Source: a virus
DNA length: 64,000 bases
Direction: 5' to 3' (one strand)
IMG/VR virus record: IMGVR_UViG_3300018080_005856
Span: 86,488-150,487 of that record
Below the pieces are notes generated by a model that was not told the origin of the DNA, ran no database searches, and saw only the letters and a program-made list of their open reading frames with translations. Positions 17,560 to 29,800 of this stretch are shown one piece after another (positions within the stretch are counted from its first letter, which is position 1; each line of letters begins with the position of its first letter). Both the position numbers and the translations under genes were made by a program.

Positions 17560-20500
17560 ATGATAGGTGGCCTCCTTAAAATAGCTGGTCAAATGGCAGC
17601 ATGGGGAGTATCCGTATCTGCCACAGCTGGTGTTGCAAAATGGATGGGTTCACGGTTATCTCAGGCAGCTACCAACTATGCTGTAAGGGGTGCCCAGAGT
17701 ATACGGGTCAGAGATAGGATAACTAGAGGTCTTCTCACCCATCTTACCGGTAGAGCAAATCCAAAATCTCAAGTAGAGCGTGCAAGAACGCTCATGTCTG
17801 CATCCAGAGCTAGAGCTCACAGCAGTTACAGCCAGGCTATTAGAAGATTCAACGAGAAAGGCCGGAGGAATGCCGGGTTCTTCATGAGAACTATGAGGGA
17901 TGAAGCTCTGGCTCTTCCTATGAACTACACAATGTATCGTCTTGAAAGACACAAGGCTGTAAGTCCAGAGGAACGAGAGCAGACCGAATCATTCCGAAAG
18001 TGGTATATGGGAACTCCAATGGCAATGAGTGTTGGCATTGGCTTTGCTATGGAAAGAATGCGCCATGGGAGAACAATGCGGGCAGCCACAGCTAAGCTTG
18101 CCAAGAAGCTTGGTTCATCTAGGGTTAAATCTGCCCTGAGACCTTTTGCTACACATGGTGGATCAAGCTCAAAGGCCTTATATAGTGCTGGCAAAACCTA
18201 CCAGAACGTAACTTCAAGATTGGGAAGAATGGCTAGGGCCAAATTCGTGGCTACAGAAGGAAGGCCCATGCTTGGTATGCTAGGTACAATGGGGCCAGTA
18301 GCTCTTACAAAGAAGATATGGGATGCATATAAGAGTGAGGTAGTTCACGTAGCTGGAGGAGATAGGTCTGTATTTCTTGATAGAGTTATGCGAGATCATG
18401 AAAGTCTTCTAGAGACCACTAAGCAAATGTCCCTAAGAAGAGTAGCAGATGGTGAATTCTCAAACAAAGAAGCGTCAGCGTATGTTAAAACTATGACTTC
18501 CAAGATATCTGATCTTACCCGTATGAGGGTAGACAAATTCAGAGATAAGATAGTTTCCAAGAACAGGTTTACACAGTTCTGGAATAACATGGTCAAGAGT
18601 CTTAAAGATCCGTCAGCTCAGTTAAACCCAGAGATGATGCAGGTAGATGGTAAGTGGTCAAAGGTACTCAACCGCAATGAGACCATACCAACCGGAAGAT
18701 ACATACTGGGCGGTAAGATGAACGAGAATGGTCTTATCACTGGTGGGACCACAATAGACTTTGGTGCACTCTCCATAGCTCGTGTCAAAGATATGGCACT
18801 CGGAATGGCCACCAAAGGTACAATGGGTAAGTTTCTACATCTATTTGGTGCTCGAGATGTGTTGGCTGCTAAAGATAGTGAACACGCTATGGTAGGTGCC
18901 GTTACAATGACCGGAAGTAACCCTCTATACTTTCCTATGGCATACTTTGATGAAAGCGGGGAATATTCTGCCAAAGATATTATGGCACAAATGATGGGAT
19001 TCCATGATTACGGCTCAGCTCAGAAAGCCGATAGAACAAAGATAGAGGACTTCCTTAATACCCGTCTTGACATATATCAAAGAGAATATGGTATAAAAGA
19101 TGACAGACAAATATTAGAGAAGGCATTTCTGGCATCAGCTAGGCATGGTGAGCTAAAGATGAAAGCAGACGATATGCTGATTCATCAGCCTGGAGGAAGA
19201 CTTCAGATACTCACTATGCAAAAGAAGGATCAAATGTGGCAACCTCTTTCCGTGGATGTCGGAGGATTCAATGGTCAGTTGCTAGAGTTCATGAAGTTCA
19301 CAAGGGAACATGATAGCGTTCCTGCTAAGCTAATACGCAGTTTCACCGGTTATGAGAAAGCATCATACACTGCTGCTGCTGGTGGAGTCGTTGACGTAAC
19401 CCATGGAATAGGCATGCTTGGTAAAATAGTAGATGCTGCATCTATGGAAGAACAACAGGGGTTGATGTACAAACTAAAGAACCTGTTAGACTTTGGATAT
19501 GCTCAAGATAGGTCGATATTTACCAGGGTAAAATCCATATTTACCAAACATACTGACCCGAGGTACCCAACTACATTCTTCTCCAAGGACTTTGTAGGAT
19601 CTCCTGAATGGAAAGATAAGCTTATCAGAGGAGAGCGAAGTAGAGAGGACCTAGTAGAATTCTTCAGGACCCAGGCTGACAATGCTATGAATGAGTATTG
19701 GCAAGGTGCTGTAAGGAGATACGGGGGGTCAGATGAAGTTGTGCAAGTGTTCAAAGAGCTGAGCCAAAAACATGCAGACAAAGGCATGGGTGGATTTGCT
19801 GATTACATGATTACTAAGAATACAAGTGTAGGCGAAGCCAAAAGAACCGTAGATGATCTGTTAGAAGCCATCAAGGCATTTCCAGATATAGACTCTGACC
19901 CAGGAGAGCTCAGAAGGCACTTTATGTTCAGAGATATAGAAGATCTCAAAGCGATAAGAAGAATGTTTACCGCCCCCACTGGTAAAACAGTTCTGGACGT
20001 AATGGGTCATATATCATCCAGAAGAAGAACAGTATTCGGGGGAAGATGGACAGCACCTAACAAGCTCGATGAATATAATGCTCTAGTTCTCAGATTGGAA
20101 ACTGGGATATATCAAAGTGGAAGACTACCCGTAGTTCCGGAAACCAGTAAGATGATAGGAGTCATGAGAGACTTTGGTGATTTGCCGGCACCATTGACAA
20201 ATGCAGAAAGGTCAGCATGGTATGCCGGTTCTCATTTGGCCAGGGAGTATCACAACCTGGCTTCTATAGTAAATGAAGCAACTGAGGGAGCCCTATCTGA
20301 TAATTCCAAGGGAAGAATAATGGGAATATTAGACAGCGTTGCCAATGTGAATGGAGCAACCTATAAGGACATCACAAGATACTATAGGAAACGGAAAAGG
20401 TTCGCACCGTGGGCCATGTGGGATTATGACCACAGAATGAAGTGGGAAGATTCGCACAATGTCAAGACGGGAATATACCTTGTACCTAAGAAAACTACAC

Positions 20501-23500
20501 ACGGGTTTGTCAGCAAGGAAACTGTTCCTCTTGGTAGCGGTGAGGAACTGAGTATAGCTCGAGGAGTAATGGATGCATCAAACATATCAGTAATGAGTAT
20601 GTTTCATGCATTTAACCGGGCTGCTTCTGAAATGTTGGGAATAGGTTTCGATGAAACAAATCTGAGTACCCCATTCCAGTACTTTGAGAAGATGTTGTTT
20701 CAGAGAGTAGTTCCATTTACAGCCATGTATATGGGCTATAGCGTGCTAGACCGACTGGCAGATAGATACATGGACGGCACCCCTTTCGGTGAGGGGCTTA
20801 CAACATTTGGAGCTAATGTTCTAGCTGGAGCAAGAGTAGGCGCGCAAGGGTTCCTAGATGTTACCGGGGCTACTGGTATAGCGTCATATATGGAAGATTT
20901 GATGCCAGGTATTGTCACTTCTCCTATGGGTGGTCTGACGAGAGGTATTGCTCCTCTGGGTGCTGGAATGTCTATAGGGATGAGAATGGCTGGACCTAGA
21001 GGTGCCCTGACTGGTGGCATCGTAGGATCTGCCGTTAGCATGCTAGTAGGTGGCGGGCCATTAGGTGCCTTTGGAATGTGGGACATAAGTAAGACTAGAT
21101 CAGAACTGGTTCAAGAGCTCCTGGGAGAGAAACAGGTTCCTGTAAGAAAGGGAAGATGGTGGGAGTTATCATCGAGCCCCTTCGAGGGAACAAGAATACA
21201 ATATTACAGGCCACATATATATTCTCTCATGAGATCTGATTACAAGGAAACTCCCGGGTTTAAGGACTCGCTGTTTACTGAAATGGTAGGTAATATAGCA
21301 CCAGACTGGTACGCTATGAAGAACTACTATTCTAGGCCATACCCAGTAACGGCAGGGCTTTTCTCAAACCTTCCTGTATTTGGTAACATGTTTGATCTCA
21401 TGGCATCTACTACCAGTCTAGGCCGCCTAGCCTCTTTAAGAGGCATACCTATGCATCGCGGAGAAGAATCTCCTCTATACATGCAGAGGATGGGGGAGGA
21501 AACAGGGTTTAGTTCAGAAACAGTGGCAAGAGACTTCGTATCCAGGGAGGGATATTTCTCTCAAACAGATGGTTCAGCCGGCACATCTGTAGGAGCTATG
21601 ATGAGTTCTTATACTGGACAAAGTCCAGTTCAGGCAGGAACTACTGCTAATTATACTGCAGCACCAATGATGAGGTCCTCCTTTGAATGGGGACTTGGTG
21701 AATCTGTCGAGAATGTAAAGGATATAGTAGGTATCAGAGGTTTTATGCTAGGCTCTATGTTCGAAAACATGACAGGGCGCAAGAGTTTATTCGATTATGC
21801 TCCGCAGCTTGCATCTCCAGTTGAGATACCCGGCATACAGCGTGAATATTGGGACTACGAGCTTGGAGGCATCCTTGGGATGTCTGAGATCATACGTAGG
21901 TATATAAACCCAAAGCGCGGGAATATGGAAATATACAACCCTATAAGAAATACTATGCCGCCATGGCTCCCGGGGCATGATTATTATATAGATTTCCAGC
22001 ACGGGGATCCATATACTATGGTTCCCATGGGAGAGGCTCGTCTTCCTGGCGCCTCATACGAAACTCTACATGATGTTGATCTTACTATGCCTATAACCTC
22101 AGAAATCATGGGAGAGAGTGCTGAAACTCAGGCATCATATTATCTGGGCATACCAAACTATATGGCAGAAAGAAACCGCGCTATGGAGGTTGCTAAGGAG
22201 ATTGCTATAAGCTATAGGGCAGATGCACAGAAATACGGTGAACTCTTATCAGAAGAGAGAACTGTATACAATGTAAACTTTGATGCATCAGCTACTGTAG
22301 ACGCAATAGTGTCCCAAAAGAGGTCAGGAAGTTATATACCGGTAAAAGTAGTACCAAAGGGATTTGCCGGCCAATCTAATCTGAACGCCTTTCTCGTTAT
22401 GGCCGATGTTGATAAGGGTATCCTAGTGGAGGTAGACCCTAGAAGTGGAGGTATATCTGAAAGAATAGTCAAGAAAGACGTAAAGAGGTTCACACGGGAT
22501 ATAAAGGCGGCTACCGCCGCCAGGACCCTAGCCTATAACCAAGTAACCTCTTTAGAGGACGAAAACAAAGCATTCAACCTAGCTAACGCATACTCATGGT
22601 TTGACAGATATAGAATTCTGGCCGACGTGGCTCATTATTCAAGAGAATACAGAGAAGCCAAAAGTATTGTGCGCAAACAGATAAATGCAGGCAGGTTACC
22701 AGTTGATAAGATCTCTGAATTCGAGATGATAGAAGAACAGGTAGAGAATAAGAAGAAGGCATTCGAGTTCTCTGAATATAGATTTAAAGATCTAGGGGAG
22801 GGGCTGACTCCGTACACTAAGGCCCGGGACAGGTTCGTTGAAGACGAATATAATACTCTAGAACAGAATGTAGGTGCTCTATGGGAAAGAGCTTCACACA
22901 TAAGAAATCCACTGCAGAGTAAGTTCTATCATAACCTGGATGCATTAGAGGAATATGAAAGGAATGCAATATATGGTAAAACACTAAAGATGTGGCAAAA
23001 CCCTATAGAAGACTGGGTAAAGTCATACTATCTTAGTGCAGTTGGTGAGGATAACCCGGTGCAGGCCTCTGTTAACTGGGCCACTGCTGGATATCTTTTG
23101 GGAGGGGGCCCTCTAGCAGCACTAGGAGCAAGTGCCGGTGGCGCCTTCACAAGCATAATGAATCTTGGAGATGAGGCTTACATACCCGAGAGGACAATGA
23201 AAGTCCGGGATATTGTATCCCAAGCTGATGCAGTAAAGTACTCAAAGTACATGAAACTGTATCAGGAGACTGGGGATGAGCAGTACTTATCGAAAGCCAA
23301 TCGTACTCTAACAGGAAAGTCATTGGAGGGAGAAGCTCTTACAGCCAGGAAGATAGGCAGATCATTAGGCCGCCCAGAGAAAGACTATGTTGAAGATATC
23401 ATAAACAATGTTACCAGATCAAACATATCCCGGGTAACACAGTTACTACCTACTCCAGCAGTTGCATCAGTTTACCATACAATGGGAGAAGTAGGTTATG

Positions 23501-23877
23501 CTGAAGATATGATGAGACAATTCAGCCGTGCCCAGAAGGAAAGATATGTTCCGAGTATGGATTCTCCCATATATTCAGCTGATGTTCCTATAGAGGCGCC
23601 AATAATCTCTTCGTTCGAGCAGGAGGGTCTTAATGCTCATGATGCAGGATATGGCTGGTATAGCCAGATGGCTCAGATAGAGAGACTAAAATCTATGGGT
23701 GTATATGGTGGGGAAGGTATATATAATGAATTCGGTAGTCGTGTTTCAGTTAAAAGCTTTGAGAGATCTCTCAGTACGACTGAGTCTATTAGGAAATTAC
23801 TGTCTAGATTCAGTACAAATGTACAAATAACTCAGGACGGTTCCGATAGAGTAGAAGTTGAGATAATAACGAGGTAG
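17560..23877 (+). CDS. Tape-measure-like / ejection protein with glycine-zipper hydrophobic segments
   Basis: 2105 aa with no cysteine, directly after the chaperones. Gly-rich hydrophobic stretches (GIAPLGAGMSIG...GALTGGIVGSAVSMLVGGG; WATAGYLLGGGPLAALGASAGG) and the motif PVRKGRWWELSSSPFEG. Confidence 0.6.
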   Translation: MIGGLLKIAGQMAAWGVSVSATAGVAKWMGSRLSQAATNYAVRGAQSIRVRDRITRGLLTHLTGRANPKSQVERARTLMSASRARAHSSYSQAIRRFNEKGRRNAGFFMRTMRDEALALPMNYTMYRLERHKAVSPEEREQTESFRKWYMGTPMAMSVGIGFAMERMRHGRTMRAATAKLAKKLGSSRVKSALRPFATHGGSSSKALYSAGKTYQNVTSRLGRMARAKFVATEGRPMLGMLGTMGPVALTKKIWDAYKSEVVHVAGGDRSVFLDRVMRDHESLLETTKQMSLRRVADGEFSNKEASAYVKTMTSKISDLTRMRVDKFRDKIVSKNRFTQFWNNMVKSLKDPSAQLNPEMMQVDGKWSKVLNRNETIPTGRYILGGKMNENGLITGGTTIDFGALSIARVKDMALGMATKGTMGKFLHLFGARDVLAAKDSEHAMVGAVTMTGSNPLYFPMAYFDESGEYSAKDIMAQMMGFHDYGSAQKADRTKIEDFLNTRLDIYQREYGIKDDRQILEKAFLASARHGELKMKADDMLIHQPGGRLQILTMQKKDQMWQPLSVDVGGFNGQLLEFMKFTREHDSVPAKLIRSFTGYEKASYTAAAGGVVDVTHGIGMLGKIVDAASMEEQQGLMYKLKNLLDFGYAQDRSIFTRVKSIFTKHTDPRYPTTFFSKDFVGSPEWKDKLIRGERSREDLVEFFRTQADNAMNEYWQGAVRRYGGSDEVVQVFKELSQKHADKGMGGFADYMITKNTSVGEAKRTVDDLLEAIKAFPDIDSDPGELRRHFMFRDIEDLKAIRRMFTAPTGKTVLDVMGHISSRRRTVFGGRWTAPNKLDEYNALVLRLETGIYQSGRLPVVPETSKMIGVMRDFGDLPAPLTNAERSAWYAGSHLAREYHNLASIVNEATEGALSDNSKGRIMGILDSVANVNGATYKDITRYYRKRKRFAPWAMWDYDHRMKWEDSHNVKTGIYLVPKKTTHGFVSKETVPLGSGEELSIARGVMDASNISVMSMFHAFNRAASEMLGIGFDETNLSTPFQYFEKMLFQRVVPFTAMYMGYSVLDRLADRYMDGTPFGEGLTTFGANVLAGARVGAQGFLDVTGATGIASYMEDLMPGIVTSPMGGLTRGIAPLGAGMSIGMRMAGPRGALTGGIVGSAVSMLVGGGPLGAFGMWDISKTRSELVQELLGEKQVPVRKGRWWELSSSPFEGTRIQYYRPHIYSLMRSDYKETPGFKDSLFTEMVGNIAPDWYAMKNYYSRPYPVTAGLFSNLPVFGNMFDLMASTTSLGRLASLRGIPMHRGEESPLYMQRMGEETGFSSETVARDFVSREGYFSQTDGSAGTSVGAMMSSYTGQSPVQAGTTANYTAAPMMRSSFEWGLGESVENVKDIVGIRGFMLGSMFENMTGRKSLFDYAPQLASPVEIPGIQREYWDYELGGILGMSEIIRRYINPKRGNMEIYNPIRNTMPPWLPGHDYYIDFQHGDPYTMVPMGEARLPGASYETLHDVDLTMPITSEIMGESAETQASYYLGIPNYMAERNRAMEVAKEIAISYRADAQKYGELLSEERTVYNVNFDASATVDAIVSQKRSGSYIPVKVVPKGFAGQSNLNAFLVMADVDKGILVEVDPRSGGISERIVKKDVKRFTRDIKAATAARTLAYNQVTSLEDENKAFNLANAYSWFDRYRILADVAHYSREYREAKSIVRKQINAGRLPVDKISEFEMIEEQVENKKKAFEFSEYRFKDLGEGLTPYTKARDRFVEDEYNTLEQNVGALWERASHIRNPLQSKFYHNLDALEEYERNAIYGKTLKMWQNPIEDWVKSYYLSAVGEDNPVQASVNWATAGYLLGGGPLAALGASAGGAFTSIMNLGDEAYIPERTMKVRDIVSQADAVKYSKYMKLYQETGDEQYLSKANRTLTGKSLEGEALTARKIGRSLGRPEKDYVEDIINNVTRSNISRVTQLLPTPAVASVYHTMGEVGYAEDMMRQFSRAQKERYVPSMDSPIYSADVPIEAPIISSFEQEGLNAHDAGYGWYSQMAQIERLKSMGVYGGEGIYNEFGSRVSVKSFERSLSTTESIRKLLSRFSTNVQITQDGSDRVEVEIITR

Positions 23878-23879
23878 TA

Positions 23880-26800
23880 ATGGCATTTACAGACCCCAGA
23901 AGGGCAATAGCGAAGGCTGAACAGGGAGAAATGTCTGAATTCAGTACCATAAAGAACCTTGGTCTGATAGGAATGATATCTGTTACTGGTATACGGCTTA
24001 GTAATTACATGGAACGTCAAAGAGCGGCCATAGAGGAAAACGTCCTAAGAGCAAAAACAGAGATAGAAAGAGCTGCTCTTATCTTTACTGACGATACTAA
24101 TATGAAACTGAATACCAAGGAAGGTACAGTAAGTCGAGTAGAGTACATAGATACCGGTGAAGGTTATGACCCTATGGCTGAGTGGCAAGCGTTAAAGGAG
24201 AAAGGACTAAGTGAACCAGCTCCATTCACCGACACGATGATGCCAGCTGAGATGTCAGATGAATTATATGAACAGGCAAAGTTGGTAGATGATCTCAATA
24301 TGAGACTTGCCGGCAGGGAACCAATGACTGCCAGTGAAGCAAGTCAATCTATGGCAAGATATAGGAGACTGAGTGATAGACTCCAAAAGGAGTACCCTGG
24401 ATTACAAGCTTCCGTAGAAAGTGTAGAAGGTTTACGAATAACAAAGGTTACAGAAACTGGTACAGACTTTCTGATGCATGTACATGATGGTGTACGTCAC
24501 GAGGTCATAAACCTACCTAAGTGGTCATCTGGTATATTGTCATGGGGTGGTAATATGTATGCTACCAAACAACCAGCCCAGATAACGGGAAATATGATAC
24601 AGGTGGGCGGCACAATAGAGAATGTTATCAAGAGAGTAGCGGAAAGATTAAGAAAAGGAACATTTGGAAGAGTAGGAAAAGCCAGAGAACTAAGGGATAT
24701 AATAAGAAACCAACTGCACGTAAACATAGGCAAACTAGTAGATGGCCATAGTATAAAGCATTTACTGACCAAGGAGGTCAGCTTTGAATCTCTGGCAGCA
24801 AAGTTTGGTGGAAAACCATCAGAAGCAGGTTCCCAAGCTAGGGAATGGGTAGCTTCTCTAACAGATAGGCTCAGTGTATATGCTAAAACAGGGCCGGGCC
24901 TCAGAAGACTGGACAAGATATTTCCAGGTAATATACCTACAATAAGTCTTACATCATCATCAGAGGCTTCTTTCGTAAAAGGCTTTAACATGAGAACCAG
25001 GCTGCCATACGGCGTTGGACCATTGGATACACGAGCCAAAGCATCAACCACAAGGGCTAACTACATAAAGGGAAAATATATGTTTGACGCTCGTATGAGT
25101 CCAACAAAGGTTGCCTCCAAACTTGGGCCTCTTCCCATGGATGCTGCAGATCTACTATCTAAGGAAATGGTGGAAGGGCTCCCTGGTGGATTTATGAACA
25201 TGGGAGTATATCTTGGAAAGGGGGAGATAGAAAAGTTAGGACCTGGTGGTGGTGTATATTTGCTAAGGAACCTGATGGATCCTACTGGACAAATGTCAGA
25301 AGACTTGCTGAATGCCAGAGAGTTCGATGGTGTAAGAGAACGTGTGCATAGAATTCCTATAACTAGCAGACAGGAAGGGATGCAAATCCTGAGGGATATG
25401 AAAGCTATGATAGGAGATAAGAAAGAGCTCATTCTCAGAAAAGGTTCTCAGATAGGCCCGATAGGCTCACCGAGAGCCGTAGTAATGGATGAAAGACAGA
25501 AAGTTACCTATACTAATATCATAGAAGATGAATTGATAATAAGGACAGAAGCAGACAGACCTCTTGGACTCATGACAAAAGCCACCCAGAGTAAAGTTAT
25601 GATTCAGAGAGTAGAAATGGCCGGAACATCTTCTGAACTATTTTCCTCGCTACATCCGGAATCTACGCTAATAGGAAAGATGGTGCAACAGACAAAAGCA
25701 GCACAGCTTGGTGCAGAAATGCTCGTGAACATGGATGCCCTAATGAAATATCAAGGGGGTGGCCTAGGATGGGGAATTATCCAAAAGACCATGTCCGACC
25801 TCATAAACCTAAAGAAAGCTGAGATAGCTCGAATACATAAGGAGAATGCCTCTAAGATATTACCAACAGAGATGAAGAAATTAGAGGGGGAGCTTAAGGA
25901 CCTCCTGAGAACATTCTTAGGGGCTGATATAGATAACGTTGTACATAGTGTAGGTATAGTCCAGGATGCCAATAGACCATATATCATTCTAAAGGGTGCC
26001 GATCAGATGCCATCAGGGGTAGCAGCAACTATGGCAGACCCCGCATTCTACAAACTCATCGATATAGAAGACGCATTCTTTAAAGCATCAGCAGGGGATT
26101 GGAGCAAACTAGAAGAGTATGAAAGAAGAGTTTCCACACATGCAAAGAATGTAGGATTACCACAGTATCGCATGATCACTACTGTGAGTAATGTAGAACG
26201 AGAAATGGCAAGCATGGTGGAAAAGTCAGAACAGTTCATGCCCACTATAGTCAGAACCAGATTATCTAAGGGAGGAAAAGTAGGTCATAAAATGATATGG
26301 GCAATGGCCCAAGTCCCATGGATGACCCACCAGCAGAATGCCTATGAGTATGCTAGATTTGGTGGGCTAGTACGTTCCAAGGGTGGATACAGTGGGGGGT
26401 TTAGATCAACACTTGATCACTACGAAATAGCCAAAACGGCTGGTTGGCATCAATATGCCAGGTATCTGGATATGCTTATGGATCATGATATGGACTATAT
26501 CAGAGATAAAATGTATACAGCTGAAGCCATGCTACTAGGTCCCAAAGCGTCATTACAGAAGCCACCCATAGGGACTATAAACGTTAGTGGGATGACAGTC
26601 ATAAAGCAAGCCCAGCTGAACCAAACCGGTATAAACAAGCGTCTTGCCGAGTACAATTTCCATGAAGGAGCAATGAAATATGCCGGAATATGGAGAGTAC
26701 ACCATAGCAATTTATCTGGACTGCAGGGAGCTATAGATGATCCAGAAGTGAAACATCTAATAGATGATGGAATTATCCAGTTTGATGACCTGAGGACTAC

Positions 26801-29800
26801 CGCGCACGCTGCGTCAGGGCGCCACTCAGTAGATGTTACTGACTCAGCACTTGTACATGATATAGTAGACCTGATGAAAGGAGCAAAACCAGATGAAGCT
26901 GTGTTCTTAGAGTTACCGGAAACAATAGTTATGAACGGAAAGGAGGTAAGATACATACCTATAGATAAGTTCGATGTAGCTGATACCTTCGAACTAGAAG
27001 CACGAAGAGGACCAGATGGTACCACCCTGGATGATTATCTGCATAAGAAGTTTACAACCGGTTCTGGGTTTCACAGTAACCGAATGTACATAATGAAAGA
27101 GACAGCACGGATATCCGAAGAGATGAGAATGTTGAAGAGAAATAGGAAGGGTACCTCTCATTTGAAAGAAGAAATGAAAATAGCTGTATCCAGGTATTAT
27201 GCTGAGTTGGATAGACTTCTCAATATGAAGAACAGCCCGGCTCTAAAAGCAATGTTCTCATATAATATGCCTTTCAGTATGAGAGGGGTAATAAACAGTT
27301 TATCAAAACATGACGCTGGCAAACTCGTAAAGGGAGTAGATGGTATACCGGTAGATCAAATGTATATACATGCTGACTATGCTACGCAACTTATATCAGG
27401 TGGAAAGATAAAGAGCATGTCACATGCCAGGAACTTGGCTAGAAGCACCGAGGCTATATTAAAAGTCCAGGAACTTCTAAAAGGAGTTGATACTTCGTTC
27501 TTCGAAACATCATCAGTAGATGATATGGCAGAACTAACAGTCAAACTGGGTAAGAGCTTGGGGAGAATGACAAGAGAAACCAAGGCAACTATGGATCTTC
27601 AAACTGTCAAGGAACTAATAGGCCTGGGCTATGCTGCCAGAAAGCGGGGATCTACTATGCTAAGGTCAATGTTGGAGTCTAAGGATGGACGCTCAAGAAT
27701 GGGAAGGCTGGCAAATGAACTCAAGAACTCTTCATTGATGAAAGGTGAACTAGACGGCATGGCTGCAGACGATCTTAAAAGAGTAAGGGCCATGAGTAAA
27801 TACACTCTAGAAACAGTTCAGGCTATTCAAGAGGGTACCTTGGAAGTTGGGGGAGTCATGGTACGGGCGCCTGAGCTTTCCCAGATGTCCATGAACTATT
27901 TCAAAATGAAGGTCCTTGGAGCTACAGAGTTTTCCCAAAAGACTGTAAACGATAAGTTGGTCAAGGAAATACTAAGCCGCATGAAGGATGATAAGGGAAA
28001 GGGAGGCATGTATATAGCCAAAGAGGCGGCAAAGCAGATAAGCGGTGACCAGGATATGGACCCTAGCGGGTTTGTTGTTACTACCCTAGATGTGCTTGAA
28101 AACCAATCAAAGAAGGTTGCTCAGCTATCTATATTAAAGGAGGCAAAGCTTCTAGGAGTAAAGGGTAGTGATATACAGAAAGCACTGTATCATGACGTCA
28201 CAGAAGAGACTCTAGTAAATCTTACCATGTCAAGATTATTCCAAACAGCTACAGACGACGAGGGAAAGATCATACTACAAAGACCAGCTAGTATATCCGC
28301 TATCACACAAATGGATGCCATGGGAGACCTTCTAAAGGAAGCCAGAGTAGATATAAAGGGAATAGAACAGTACGTAGGAGAATCGCTGTTGGGATTCTAT
28401 CCGGATCCGGCTGACCTAAAGGCACTAGGTCTTACTCATGTGCAGGTAAGAGACAATGTTGTTGATAAGATAATGAAGGAGGCCAGAAAGTATCTGGGAA
28501 ACAACGCAAGGCTGGAAAACCTTTCTGTTATAGTAGGAACCAGGGAGTTACCTAATAAGTCCATAAGAAAGACTGTAGAGCAGCCGAGTATAGCTGTAAA
28601 AGATCCCCAGAAACTTATATCTGAGACGCCCGAAGCAGCTCCAATAGTTGCCAAGCAGGCCATTACTGCTGATGAACTTTATGTTCGTGATGCAATATCA
28701 AAAGTAGACGCGTCAGAGTTCAAGGCTTATCAGGAAAGAGTTATAAGAGAAGAAGCCCCAAGGTTCCAAATAATAAAGGAGCAGGTACCGACTGGATACA
28801 ACGCTGCAAAGGCCTTATACACTCTGAACTACAGTTACGTAACAAATGAAGCAGACAAGGCATTCCTTACATGGATGGCAGATAAAGTACTAGCACAGAA
28901 TGTAATTTCCTCCAAGCATGGTACTCCCCAGGTTCTCGTAGACATGACTAAGACTCTTAGGAAACTTGGCAGCATACATAACGAAGTGATGGAAGCTGAT
29001 ATAACAAAGCTTGTTACGCAGAATGCGTATCTTACTGTGAGCCAAGCTGAGAAAGAGGACATGGCAAGATTAGGGTTCAAAACGGAAGATGTGAATATGG
29101 ATCTTTACCAGGACTATATTGACAAGAAGTTGGTCAATCTTACTGAGTTGAATAACATACATGAGACAGTTACCAATGATATGATAACAAACGCCTCTAC
29201 TCTCCGTAGCAGCGAGATGGATATAGAGAAAGTGTTCCGTTCAACTGTAGATCTTAAAGTGAAGAACAGTTCTCTTCTCAAGAATTATCAAATGCTGGAG
29301 ATGGATTTCACTCCTCTATTAGTATCTAATGAATTAAGAAGAGCTAAGGAAGCTAAAGAGAACGTAGCCAAGTTTAGAAAGAAGATGACAATGGCTAGTG
29401 TTCTGGGAGAACCTGAAGATGTGATAAGACAGAGATATATTACTATGATAGGAGCTATGAGAGAATACTCTTTTAAGAACAGGGGAATAAGTGTATTTGA
29501 TGACCCAGCAGTTAGCACGTTCAGACATATGGAGGGAGGGGAAAGATCTGCCCTGGAGCTCATAAAACGATTCGTAAGCAGAGAATCAACAAGAACAAAT
29601 AGCGCTGACGGGATTGTCACAGTAAGAGCTCAAAATACCATAGAGGGAAGGCTCATTAAACTAGGAGCAGTTATCACAGGACGCAACGATATAAACCGTA
29701 TGATAATAGGCGGAGATACGTTATCTGACCGCCAAATGAGATTAAATTACCTCCACAGCCGAGAATTACGGCAACTCAGAAGAAGCTATGCTGAAAGAAT

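Noticed and set aside
17560-23877. Separate RNAP beta subunit partnering the 2121-aa protein
   Set aside because: I saw no RNAP motifs here, and both beta-like and beta'-like motifs already lie in the downstream ORF.
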